Source: Phoronis australis
Lineage: Eukaryota; Animalia; Phoronida
Assembly: GCA_002633005.1 (NCBI GenBank)
Contig: NMRA01000020.1
Location: 1,729,050-1,793,049 of the forward strand
Direction of reading: 5' to 3'
DNA: 64,000 bases
The position numbers and the translations under genes were made by a program. Shown piece by piece: positions 1 through 12,800 of this stretch. The notes beneath the pieces were generated by a model. It ran no database searches. It was given only the letters and a program-made list of their open reading frames with translations, and was not told the DNA's origin. Numbering within the stretch: the first letter of the stretch is position 1; every line of letters begins with the position of its first letter.

Positions 1-751
1 CTGTATCTCCTAAACCATTTGCAGGATCTTTACATAATTTAGCAAGTGTATTTATATGATGTTGACTACGGATGACGACGACTTTCGGACAGATCTGACT
101 ACTGCTATGTCCCCTAGTGGCAATTCTAGTTTTTTTACCTTTTAACTCTGTATCTTCAAAGGTCTTCAATAGATTTTCATACAATTTTGAATAGAGACAT
201 CTATTGTTTTGATGACACTACCTTCCTGTTTTTGGATGGAATCGACATATTTTGCACCACCTAGTGGCTATTTTTGCTGTTTTCAAATCTTGTTTTTGGC
301 GTCCACCCCTGTATCAACCAAATCAATTGAAAATTGACATATATGTTTTCAGTGTGAAGACGACCCCTGATGATGGTGACTGACTACTGTGGCACCTCCT
401 AGTGGAAGTTTTGTTTTGCGCCCATAGTTGTATTCCCTAAACCCACTGCAGGATCTTTACTAAATTTAGTAAGTGTGTTTATATGAAGATAACAACAGAC
501 GAGGACGACTTTCAGGCGGATCCAACAGACACTGTGTCCACTAGTGGTAATTTTATTTTATTCTGTCTTCCTTTGTTTCTCTGAAGTTCGTTTACATATT
601 TTTATGAAATATAGCATGTTCCTGTTTTTGGATGGATTGTGTGCTTTTGCGCCATCTAGTGGCCATTTTTATGATACAAATAAATAACCCTAAAAGCAGA
701 CCATTTGCAATGCATTCGTGGGCGCATTTCAACGCTCTGCGTTACTCTTGT
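1..751 (+). mobile_element. HINE-like (Helentron-associated non-autonomous) element family 1, 3' part
   Basis: Same ~450-bp three-subunit internal array as 1349-4800. Ends in subTIR GTGGGCGCAT (718-727), hairpin AACGCTCTGCGTT and CTCTTGT. The 5' end lies outside the window. Confidence 0.75.
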
Positions 752-1348
752 TGGAATTGCAAGCGTTCAAACCCTCGAACATCGTGGTTTCATACCTTCT
801 GCCTACACTCTATCTCACTTTTAGTTTTCACTTCAGATCATTTGACGTTGCGAGAAGTGACAGTGTACCAAAGGTGTCGCAGTACCACTTACACGATTAA
901 CACCAAAGCCAAAAGGTATGGTGACGTTCAGCTGTAAACGTCATGGATATAATGACATATTTTAACTGAATGCATTCTATAAGCCATCAAAACTTTACCG
1001 AACACTTGTTTGATTTGGAAAAGCAATTTGACAAATCTACTCGCCAGTCATCCAGGTTTCTGTCTTTGTTCATGTACACTGTTTCACACCTGTTTCAGAG
1101 CACAGTCCTTCAAACACCGTAAAATTTAGCAAAAGACAAAGGCAAGTTTATAGTAAAACAGCGGTATCAATAACAGATACATGTTGAATATCATTTGATG
1201 AAAACCTACTTGAAGAGATTTCAGAAACACAGTTATTGTTCCAAAACACGAGCATTTCATTATCTTTCTATGAACGCTGTATGAATTATGGTATTCGAAT
1301 GCTTAACTTAAATTTGAACATCTTTTTATGCGCCCACATACATGTGCT

Positions 1349-2904
1349 TATTATGCGCCCACATATTTATATGTGGACGCATTATGCCGTCATCTCTGTC
1401 CGTCCTTCCGTTCGTCCGTCCGTCCGGGCGGCGTCCGTACGGCGTCCGCGTCCGCTGCTCTATCTCCAAAACCCTTTGACATACGTTCATGAAATTTGGC
1501 ACATATGTTCCATTCATGAATGGGACGGCATGTGCGAACATTCGGACTGATCCGACTACCGATGTGCCCCCTAGTGACAATTTTAGTTTTTTACGCTTAC
1601 CATTGTATCTTCGAGAGTCCTGAACGGATTTTCATGAAATTTGGTATGTAGGTACCTAGTAGTGAGATGACGCTATCCTGCCGTTTTCAGATGGATTCGA
1701 CATAGTTTGCGCCACCTAGTGGCCATTTTTAGTGTTTTCGAGTCTGTTTTTGTGCATCCACCCCTCTATCAACCAAACCGCTCAAAGGATGATTGTGAAA
1801 ATTGGCATGTATATGCTTACTATGTAGAGGACGGTTGACGATGATTTTACGACGATTTCGTTTACTGTGGCGCCTCCTAGTGGCAGTTTTATTTTTTTGG
1901 GCCTATGGCTGTATCTCCTAAACCGTTCTCAGGATCTTTACGAAATTGTGTAAGTATATTTGTATGATGTTAACAACGGAAGATGACGACTTTTGGACGG
2001 ATCCGACTACCGGTGTGCCCCCTAGTGGCAACTTTATTTTTTTACGCTTACCTTTGTATCTTCAAAAGTCCTGAACGGATTTTCATGAAATTTGGTTTGT
2101 AGGAACTTATTAGTTAGATGACGCTCTCCTCCTGTTTTCAGATGGATTCGACATAGTTTGCGCCTCCTAGTGGCCATTTTTACTGTTTTCGAGTATGTAT
2201 TTTTGCATCCACCCCTCTATCAACCAAACCGCTCAAAGGATGATTGTGAAAATTGGCGTGTATGTGCTTACTTTAAGGAAGACAGCTGACAATGATTTTC
2301 AGACGATTTGGACTACTGTGGCGCCTCCTAGTGGCAGTTTTGTTTTTTTTTGCGCCCATGGCTGTATCTCCTAAACCGTTTAGAGGATCTTTACCAAATT
2401 TAACAAGTGTATTTATGTGATGTTGACAACGGACGATGACGACTTTAGGATGATTCTGACTACCGGTGTGCCTCTAGTGGCAATTTTAGTATTTGCCTCT
2501 AGTGGCAATTTTAGTATTTTACATTGACCTCTGTATGTTGCTAGGTCTTCAGGTGTATACTTTGTGTTACTTCGTGACTATGAAGGAAAAGTTCCAAGTA
2601 GAAATTTGTTTCTGGCATTCTAATGCTGTGCTAATCTCGTATGTTCGTAAATTTGTTTTTAATTCTATGTTTCTGTGGTGCTTTAAGCAAATGGTGTATA
2701 GGATGTGCTTGTATTATGAAGATTACTCACATTTTGCCCCTAGCCTATTGAGGAGACAATGACCATGCCTTTCCATTTTGCAAAGTACAACATACTACAT
2801 ATATGCCCTCTACTGGCCACTTGATGTTACTAATAAACAACCCTAGAAGGAAACCGTATGCGGTGCAATTGTGGGCGCATTTCAACGCTCTGCGTTGCTC
2901 TTGT
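1349..2904 (+). mobile_element. HINE-like element family 1, copy B (nested)
   Basis: 5' subTIR plus inverted repeat ATGCGCCCACATA-TTTA-TATGTGGACGCAT, (GTCC)n at ~1398-1450, about 2 array units, 3' subTIR TGTGGGCGCAT, hairpin CAACGCTCTGCGTTG and CTCTTGT. This matches DINE-1/HINE architecture. Confidence 0.8.
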
Positions 2905-2929
2905 ATGTGGAAGCGTTTTGCCGTCATCT

Positions 2930-3135
2930 CCGTCCATCCGGAGTCGTCCGTCCGGCGTCCGTCCGGCGTCCGTTCGGCGTCCGTCCGGCGTCCGTCCGGC
3001 GTCCGTCCGGCGTCCGTCCGGCGTCCGTCCGGCGTCCGTCTGGCGTCCGTCCGGCGTCTGTCCGGCGTCCGTCCCGGCGTTCGTCCCAGCGTTCTTCCCG
3101 AGGTCCGTCCCGGCGTCCGTCCGGCGTCCGGCATC
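2930..3135 (+). repeat. (GGCGTCCGTCC)n expanded microsatellite inside the HINE
   Basis: Direct 11-bp periodicity. It explains the overlapping RRPSG/TDAGR ORFs. Confidence 0.9.
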
Positions 3136-6100
3136 CGCTGCTCTATCTCTGAAACGCCTTGACGAATGTTCATGAAATTTTGCACGTTCCTTCCGTAGAT
3201 GGGACGGCATGAGTGAACTTTCGTACGGATCCGACTACCAGGGTGCCCCCTAGTGGTAATTTTATTTTTTTACGTTTACCTTTGGTCTCGAAAAGTCTTG
3301 ATCGGATTTTCATAAAATTTGATATATACGCATATATTAGTGACCCTATCATTCTGATTTTAGATGGATTTGACGTAATTTGCGACACCTAGTGACCATT
3401 TTTATTGTTTTCGTGTCTGTTTTTTGCGTCCACCCCTCTATCAACCAAACCGCTCAAAGGATTATTGTGAAAATTGTCATGTACAGTGTATGTTCTTACT
3501 ATGAAGCGGACCGCTGACGATGATTTTCCGACGACTTCGACTACTGTGGCGCCTCCTAGTGGCAGCTTTTCCTTGCGCCTAATGGCTGTATCCCCTAAAC
3601 CGTTCGCAGGATCTTTACTATATTTAGTAAGTGTATTTACTTGACGTTAATAAGGGAGGACGACGACTTTCAGACGGATTTGACTATTGGAGGGCCACCT
3701 AGTGACAATTTTTTTTGCGTTTACCTCTGTATGTTCAAAGGTCCTCAATCTATTTCCATAAAATTTGTCATACAGAAATCTGTTACTGAGGTGACGCTAT
3801 CTCTCTGTTTTCAGTTGGATTCGACCAACTTTGCGCCACCTAGTGGTCATTTTTACTGTTTTCGAGTCTGTTTTGGCGTCCACTCGTCTGTAAACCAAAC
3901 CGCTTTCAGGATAATTGTGGAAATTTGCATGCATGTTCTTATTTTGAAGTGGACTACTGACGACGATTTTTCGACGAGTTCGACTACTGTGGCGACTCCT
4001 AACGGCAGTTTTGCGCTCATGACTGTATCTATTAAAACGTTTGCAGGATCTTTACTTGATTTAGAAATCGTATTTATATGATGTTTACACTGGACGACGA
4101 CGACTTAAACACGGATCTGACTAGTGGGGTGCCCCCTAGTGGCAATTTTAGTTTTTACGTTTATCAGTCTGTATCTTCAAAGGTCCTCGACAGATTTTCA
4201 CAAATTTTATGAATATAGGCATATGTTGCTGAGAGGACTGTATTACCCTGTTTTTTGGATGGAATCGAGGTATTTTGTGCCACTTGGTGGCCATTTTTTT
4301 CTGTTTTTCAAACCTTATTTTTGGCGTCCACCTCTCGCTCAACCAAAGCATTCTAAGGATGGTTTTGAAAATTGGCGTATAGGTTTTCAGTGTGAAAAGG
4401 ACTCTTTGATGATGGCGAATGACTACTGGGGCACCTCCTAGTGGTAATTTTGCTTTGTTTTGCACCCCTACATGTAGCTGTATCTCCAAAACCCGCTGCA
4501 GGATCTTTATTGAATTTAGAAAGTGCATTAATATGAAGATATCAGAAGACGACTTTCAGGCGGATGGAACGGACCCTGTGCCTACAAGTGGCAATTTCAT
4601 TTTGTTCTGTTTTCCTTTGTTTCTTTGAAGTTCCATGACAGATTTTTGTGCAAAAAAGGCATGTTCCCGTTTTTAGATGGACTGTACGTTTTTGCTCCAG
4701 CTAGTGGCATTTTTTTATGATACAAATAAAGAACCCTAAAAGCACACCATTTGTGATGCATTCGTCCAGGGCGCATTTCAATGCTCCGCGGTGCTCTTGT
4801 CTGGGATATAAACCTTCAAAGTTAGAGAAAGGTAGACATTAAAGATCAGACAGAAGCTAAACAAATAGGACCCTTACATCTCCCCAGCAAGTTGCCTATT
4901 CCGTGAGGGCGCGGACCATGAGATGCTGCCTTAGCAGATACATGTACATGAGGGACAACAGGGGTGTTTAACTTCCGTTATTGATGACATTTTGGTCTGT
5001 TTGACACATGCAGCTACAGTTCTCCACTTGGGTCAAAGTCGGTGTAAAAGATATTAATGTTGACTGCATTTTAGTTGCACTCTGGCTTCTTCTCATGTAT
5101 CAATGTTTGGGTTGTGATGGCGCACATTTATCCCAGTGAATTTATCTGCCCGTCTATCAAATGTATTACTATTCTCCTGGACTAAACGTTTGTAACTTTT
5201 GTTAGTTTTCTTAGTGGTTCTTTCGCATTGACGCTTACGCTATTTCTGATCCTGACTTACACTTGCACTAACATACTGATAAAGCACTGACATACCACGA
5301 AAGAAAGCATGAAAAAACAAAAATGAAGTTCAAGGTCTCAAAATGCATGCTGAATGGTGTTTTTTTTTTAATTCCTCTGCAAATACCACAACCAGATGGA
5401 CTTGGGCAGTAGTTCCAGTGGTCGATTTGTGCCGGCACAGGGTCAAGGATTTTTCAATTAGCATCCGAGCGGCAAATTGAAAACAGGTGACTTGTCGATT
5501 ATTTGAAAGTTTTATTACTAAAGTTTTTGTCTATTTACACACTATACCCATACCCCAACAATATGATGCGACACACGAATACCAAAACGGAAGAAGAAGG
5601 GTTTACGACGAAAATTATGAAGGTGAACAAACGTTTCTTGCATTTCATACAGCTTTAGCATAAATAGGGTACATCTCGGCACTCTGAAGGTTCCGAAGTC
5701 CTGACACCCAAAGTACGTCTATTGAAAATGTTTTAAAAAGGCCTTATCTGACCGAAAAGAAAGCTAGTTAGTTCAAAACTGGTTCGAACATCTATGAGAC
5801 CACAACACCTTAACGACATCAGAGCAGCAAAATTTTAGTTGCGGTGAACCAAAATATAAAAATGTAAATTAAAGCGACAGCTCAGTGCTAATTGAAAATT
5901 TTTGTTAGGATCCTTCCCAGAGACACTGGATCTTTGAAGAACTGGTTTCAAACAGGCACGTGCTTAAAAACCCCCGAACGTTTTGCTGGAAGTCACTATT
6001 CAGAACCTCGTGTCATAAAATTTCGAACTTTTAGTTTTCAAACTAATGGCCTTCAGGATTTGTGTGGATCTTTGGATTTATGTATTTGTGGACTTGAAAA

Positions 6101-8067
6101 ACTTCGGAACCATGAATACCGGGAATTCATACATTCGGCCAGCTCTTTCTCAATTCTAGTTTAAAATTGAGGTCGTATGTTCTTACCACTTGCAATGGGT
6201 TGATTTCATTTTAATCTCATTGTAGATTTTTTGCGATTTTTTCCATTCGTCAAACCACTGGACTTTGACGTTGCAAACAATGACAATGTACCAAAATACC
6301 ACTTACACGAATGACACCAGGGCCAAAAGGTATGGTGCTCTTTAGCTATAAACATCTTAGAAGCTACAGGTTTTGACTGCATGCGAGCTGTATGAGCCAT
6401 CAAGACTTTACCTAACACTTGTTTGACTTGGAAAAGCAAAGTGAAAAATGTACTCGCCAGCCGTTCAGCCATCTGTCTTTGTTCATATACACTCTTTCAC
6501 ACCTGGTTTCATCACATAAAAGACAAATTCACATTGATAGTAAAACAACTGTATCAATAACAAGATCGAATTTGATTTAATGAACTTACTTTAAGCACTT
6601 GATGGAACTGTGCTCAACCGCCATCTTCAGTTGGTCCCTTACTGTCTTTAAAGGTTTCGTCCCTAAACCAAGACCATCTCTAGTAAGCGGGTCAACATAG
6701 TTGATCAGGCTCTGTCTGACGGTTGTTGGTGGTGTTGCTGTTGGTATTTCATCCAAATCCAACAAGATGCCTGTTCAACTTCACTGGCTACGTCGCGTAA
6801 AAGAGCCTTCTTTCCTGACACGGAGACGCCAAGAGACCTCGCCATGGTAATGACCGAAATTATTCCATAAGTGATATCAGAAACACTGTTAATATTCATT
6901 TCCTTTTCGTTTTGTGCACCGTGTTTAAATCTTAGTATTCGAATATTTAACCTAAATCTGATCATCGATGTCAGAGATATAAGCCTTCAGACTTAAAAAA
7001 AACATAAAATTTAGCAAAAAACCCAAAACATTGATAGTAAAACAACGGTATCAATGTAACATAATCGAAATATATTTGATAAGATTATTCGGGAAGTGAT
7101 CACAGAAACACTGTTGATGTGGTAAACTATGGTCAATTCATTTTCGTGTTGTGATAGGTGTTCAAATCATAGAATGTGGCATTTGACCTAAATCTGAACA
7201 GGTATTTCCGAGGGTCATACAGAACCTGAACAACAGGACCCTGACCCCTCAACCACAGGCAGTGAACGAAAGATATCACAGGACCACGCACACAAAATAA
7301 CACCACAGACGGAAATTTAAAAGGAGGCCAGGAAGTTTCCTCTTCCATGAGGGCACGCCCATGAGATGCGGTCTTGCCCGATACATAGAGAACCATAGAG
7401 GTCTATAACTTTCATTACTGAATGCGATTTGGTCTCGCCGACATTTGCAGTTGCAGCTCTCCACCTGTGACAACTGTTTTATGTCCAGATTAATGTAATA
7501 GGATTTGAGTGTTTACTTTATTCTGTTGTAATCTAGGTTGTACTCATGTTTTAGTATTTGGGAGGTGATGACAAACATGTACTTCAAATGGACGGATCTT
7601 TGGATCTATCAAATCCGTTACTATTCGCTTGGACTAAACTTTTGTTACTTGTCTTGCTGGTACATTCGCACTGAAGCTAATGCTATTTTGTAATAACGAC
7701 TAACAATTGCACTAACATACTAACACAAGCCATAACAGACTAACAAAAATAGCATGGCTGAATCCAAATAACGTTCAAGGTTCAAGGTTCAAGGTTCAAT
7801 CGTGAATTCCTTTGCATATGCCACAAGTAGCTGAACAATGGTTCCCATGACCGACTTCTGCGGTGGCGCAGACAAGGATTTCTCACATAATATGGGAGCT
7901 CTAATTAAAAACATTAGTTGATATCTCGATTGTTTGTAAATTTTATTAATGCACGTTTATGTTTATTTGATCGCCATACCCACGCAACAACAATACCACG
8001 CAGCCCACGGATAACCAAAACGGAACAAGAATGATGGAAGACGAAAATTAACGACCGGAGACTAAAG

Positions 8068-9590
8068 CTAGAATGCAATTGCGTATGCGCACTTAAAACT
8101 CTGCGCAGGGTGTATGCGCATGCATATTGAAGTATAAGCGCATTACATTGCATAAAAGTTTCATCCTTCGTGTGAAAGAGAGCGATTTCCCTGGTAACCA
8201 TGAAAGAGCAAGAGTGAAAAATTAGAATGTCAATGGAAAATTGCACTTTATGACACAACACTTGCACCTATTTACTCCAAAGTGTGTGACTGAATTTAAT
8301 TTACGAATGAAAATGATATACGTGTTTATGAAATGTCTAGCTCAGAAATCATTTTTGTACTGATTGACCTTTGACCCAGAAATTCAGTTCAGTTGATCAG
8401 ATCGAAACTCCGTGTATGTTCTGGGTGCTCTTATATGGCACCAAGCTGTTCACGAAATTTCCAGAAGAAATATAAAAAATTACAGAAGGAGAAGGTTTTG
8501 AATTAAACATACCGGTTGACATCTCAAGGGGTCCTTTAGTGCATTTTGGGTCATACCCGTATTATAGTTTTTGAATGGCAATTGGTTGAATCACCATGAT
8601 TATAAACGCTCTCTCTAATACAACATGTAATTACGAAGTGATTGAAAAAGTCTGAGATTTAACAGAAAGCTGCACTAAATGACCAGAAAATTGCACCTAG
8701 TGACCCCAAAGTTTGTGATTGAACTTTATGAATCGTTATTATGTGTATGATTATGAAAGGTCTAGCTCAAACATCACTTTTGCACTTAATGACCTTTGAC
8801 CCGGAAACTCGGTTCCCTTTATCCGTTTCAAATTCCTGGTAAACTAAGCATGCACTTCTCTAGTGCCTGCTTGTTATCAAAATTCGGAGAGTCTTTCTAA
8901 AAACCTGTCAAAGAAGAAGCAATTTGACGGAATGCACTCCTTGACCCGTTTCGGGTCAATCCGGTGCATTTTGAGTGGAATCCATGTGATCAATATAATT
9001 TGAGAGGCAATTAGTTGAACCACCATGAACTTGAACGGTCTCCATAATCCATCATTTAAATACAAGCTGAATGAAAAAGTCTTAAAAAAGAAAACTGCAC
9101 TAAATGACCAGAAATTTGCACCTAGTGACCCCAAAGTTTGTGATTGAACTTTATGAATGGTTATTATATGTACATGCATGATTATGAAAGGTCTAGCTCA
9201 AACATCACTTTTGCATTTAATGACCTTTTACCCGGAAACCCGGTTCCCTTGATCCGATTAGAAATCTAAGTAAATTTTGGTTGTAATTCTCTGGTGCCTA
9301 CTTGTTAACAAAATTCGAACAGCCTATCTAAAAACCTGTAGAAGAAGAAGCGTTTTAATCCAATGCACTCATTGACCCGTTTTGGGTCATTGTGGTGCAT
9401 TTTGGTCAAGAAATTATGATTAATAAAACCACTTGATCATCGTATCAAGGATTCTGAATGATTGTTGTGAACTAATGGATGCACATGTAAGAGTAATAAC
9501 AATCTGAAAAGGGAGGACGAATAAGAATAAGAATAATAAGATAAAAAAGAAGAACAGTAAAACTCTGCGCTTGCACGCGCAGAGTAATAA
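8068..9590 (-). mobile_element. HINE-like element family 2 with ~420-bp internal tandem repeats
   Basis: Minus-strand 5' hairpin ACTCTGCGC-TTGCAC-GCGCAGAGT (9562-9585) next to a GAATAA microsatellite. About 3 repeat units (shared motifs at 8697/9117). subTIR ACTCTGCGC at ~8098, then a hairpin and terminal CTAG at 8068. An extra truncated monomer lies at 9596-9843. Confidence 0.6.
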
Positions 9591-9843
9591 TAAGAACAAG
9601 AGTGAAAAGTAAGAATATCAAAGGAAAATTGCACCAAATGACCCCACAGTTGCACCAAATGACCCCACAGTTGCACCAATTGACTCCAAAGTTTGTGGCT
9701 GAATTTTCTTTACGAATGAAAAGTATATACGCGATTATACAACGGCTAGCTCAAAAATCATTTTTGCACTTACTTACCTTTGACCGAGAAATTCGGTTCA
9801 GTTGATCAGATTAAAATTTCTAAGTAAGTTCTGTGTACACTTA

Positions 9844-12800
9844 CAGCACACATCACGAATTTTTGGCCGACCGGTCGGAAATTGGTCGACCACCGGCCGT
9901 CGACCGGTCGTCTAGCCGACCAGCAGCCGACCAACAACGGTCGGCTAGGAGCCGTCTACTGAGTCGCCTCTGTGGTCGGCACTTGGGTCGGCTAAGTGGT
10001 CGCCTAGCGTAGACGACCAATTCGGATTAAGCGTGTCCTTGGTCGGCAATTACCATTTTATGACTTAACGGGTGAACTTTGGCCAAACAAACATTTTACT
10101 GTTCGCTGTTCGTTCACCACTGGCAACTCAGGTCTTGACATCGGTTTATAAACTTTTGTTCAACTATTGAAAGGAAATAAAATCGAATCAACCTACAAAT
10201 ACGAAGTGCGTGACATTACACCAGCCTAAAACTTTATGTTGAATTAATGACGGCGTGGTAAAATCAAACGTTAAGTGATATCGCGGAAGCATAATTTCTA
10301 AATTTAGATATGAGACTTTTTATACAGTACATTTTGCACAAAAACAAGCACAAAATTTGAAATTTACAGTAAAATTGCATAACAATCAGAATACAACACT
10401 CAATACACGACCTCAAGTGTTTTCATGCAGCGGAATGCTCAACAAGCATCACGCATTTGCGCTCATCCGTTATTGCTCTTGATGATCACTTCATCACGCT
10501 GTATATTGCGATTTACCACAGATAATTATTGCTTATTTCTGTATAATTTCTTAATATGTTGGTACAGCAATAGAACCCAATTTTATTTTAGAAACAACAT
10601 AAACAATGGTTTGAACATAGCGCCGATATTAAATCATGGGCGCATGAAAACGGAAGACTGATCGGTTTATAGTGTCATCCATCATCCATCATCATTCAGA
10701 AATTGTTGTCACTTTCGCAGTAAAACATCTTTTCGAAACTAGAGCCTTCCTATGTAGCCAGCTAGTTGCATGAAGACTATTTTCAAAATACAGCAAGGTG
10801 CCACTGCTTATTGAGACCAAACAGACCTCGATACTTCACACAGCCCGGATAGTTACGTTTGTCACCTCGTCGAAAAGCTTGTATCAACATGAGCTCAAGA
10901 CTGGCGGGTGTGCATGCAAAATCTGGAAGTCAATTGGCATTCAAGTTGCCCGTTACGGCCGTTTAAGTGAGAAACATCCGACGTCATCTTCTTGCGTAAT
11001 TCTCTGCCTTTTTAACGAAAAAAACGTATATCGTCGTTTTGAAAAAAGTTCATTGTGACACGCGCCACTTCCAAAATGTTTTCAACATCTCCCATTAGAT
11101 GATGAACACATCTCAGCAAAATTTGTTCTAAAATTCGGTTCACTGATATCAAAATTCCAAAAACATATAATGAAGTGAAACCAATTCTGATCATTTGTTG
11201 TGACGTTTACGTAACCTCGAGGGAGAACGTTTGATTGAAGAATCTGGGAAAAAGAAACTGGCTAAAAGGTGACGCAATATTTCATTGGGGCGAAAGTCGA
11301 CGCATAAGATCACAACATAACTTTAGCAGCAGAATAATTGTAGAAAACCATTTTTTGCAACGCTGGTAAATAATTTAGTTTACTCTAGGAAGATTTTATT
11401 CGGTCAGTTTTTACCCACAATGGCGCAAATTTGTATATTTAATTTAGTAAACAGCTTCGCACCAAGGCTACAGCCTTCCGAGCCCTTTCGCGTAAGAACA
11501 CAATACTTGGCGTTTCGCGTATACTCCAAGGGGTAAAACTTTGAAAATAATATTTTCGGGGTAACCTGGTACATGTAATCCTAAAAAAGTAGTCTGTGTT
11601 TTCATGTAGAGCGTAAAATGATTAACCCATTGATTCAAAAAGAACACTCTCGCAAACGAAAACGCACACAATTTTCAGCTATATTACACTGGTTAAAAAA
11701 CAACTTCTATAAGTTTATTGCATCGGATTCTAGTGATCACAGGGCAAGTCAAAACTCTTAAAGGGGCGCAATTTCAAACCTTTGGCATGAATCAGTGATA
11801 TAAAAATGGAAATACATGTAGACCGACTTTAGTTCATCAGCAATCTAGACACAACAGTTACAGACACTCACTGCGTTTGTTAACGTCTTGTGGCAATGAT
11901 AAAAATAATTTTTTCTACTATGATTGATAACAAGTTTTACTCTGATGAGGTATGATGCAATATGCACGTCTGATATGCAGAGTCAGCAGTTGCAAAAATA
12001 TTTACTGGGTTTAATGAATCCGTTTGTTATGAACCACTGCAAAAGTATAATTACTAATTGTACATTCGAAGCACGCCTCATTAGAATAAAAACATACACA
12101 TGCTTGATGATCCTGGGAGTACCTCTTTTACAGGCATGAATGAAGATATATAGTTGTTAAGCCATAGAGGATAATAAAGCTTAGATAATATCACACTGAG
12201 CCTTGTACACCAGGCATATACAAAGGATACAGTATTTCAAAAGAAGCCTCAACTACTCATTTTTCATAGTCAAAACTACTCATTTTTCATAGTATTACTA
12301 AATCACGAACACCTAGATTTATATTAGAAGTTACATAGTACGATGCTACACAACCTGCTCTCCCCCCATTTATGGGAGGCCTAATTTGAAACATTTAACG
12401 ACATATCTTTTCTATGCATGATTAAAACCAAGCAAAACATGCAAACTCTCCAGGACCAAAAATAAATATCTCAAAACCAGACATTTTACTTAAGCAGGAA
12501 TTAAAACAATCCAATACATTGAGATTGTTTTCACACAGAAGACCAAAGAGCAAATAAAGACCAAATTCACCACGTCAAGACTGAAAATTTATCACATCAG
12601 CACCTATAATTTATCAAGTGAGGACCAAAAATTCTTCACTTCAGGATCAAAATAAAATACGACCGAACTGAAAATTTAATAAGTCAGGTTCAAAAACTTA
12701 CCATGTCAGTAACTTTCACGCCAGAACACCACGTCACCATCCCCAAGCATTGATCTTTCAAAGTGATACTGTCCGTACTATACTAAACAAGGGCTATATA

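Larger units (their letters stand above)
1324..4800 (+). mobile_element. HINE-like element family 1, copy A (outer; interrupted by copy B at 1349-2904)
   Basis: 5' TTATGCGCCCACATA at 1326 resumes at 2905 (ATGTGGAAGCG..GCCGTCATC), followed by a GTCC-type microsatellite (2930-3135), a ~450-bp array, then GGGCGCATTTC, a hairpin and CTCTTGT ending at 4800. A paralogous empty site at ~6950-6990 supports the boundaries and the lack of a TSD. Confidence 0.75.
841..8052. repeat. Old local segmental duplication (841-1323 plus 4801-5620 versus 6265-8052)
   Basis: Collinear matches such as ttgacgttgc..tgtaccaaa (842/6266), gagggc..ccatgagatgc (4905/7349) and ccaaaacggaa..gacgaaaatta (5582/8015). Confidence 0.7.

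Noticed and set aside
2745-3210. Five overlapping Arg/Pro-rich ORFs
   Set aside because: They are translations of the stop-free 11-bp microsatellite.
1-4800. CRISPR-like array
   Set aside because: The inter-motif sequences are themselves repeated, the context is eukaryotic TE, and there are no cas genes.
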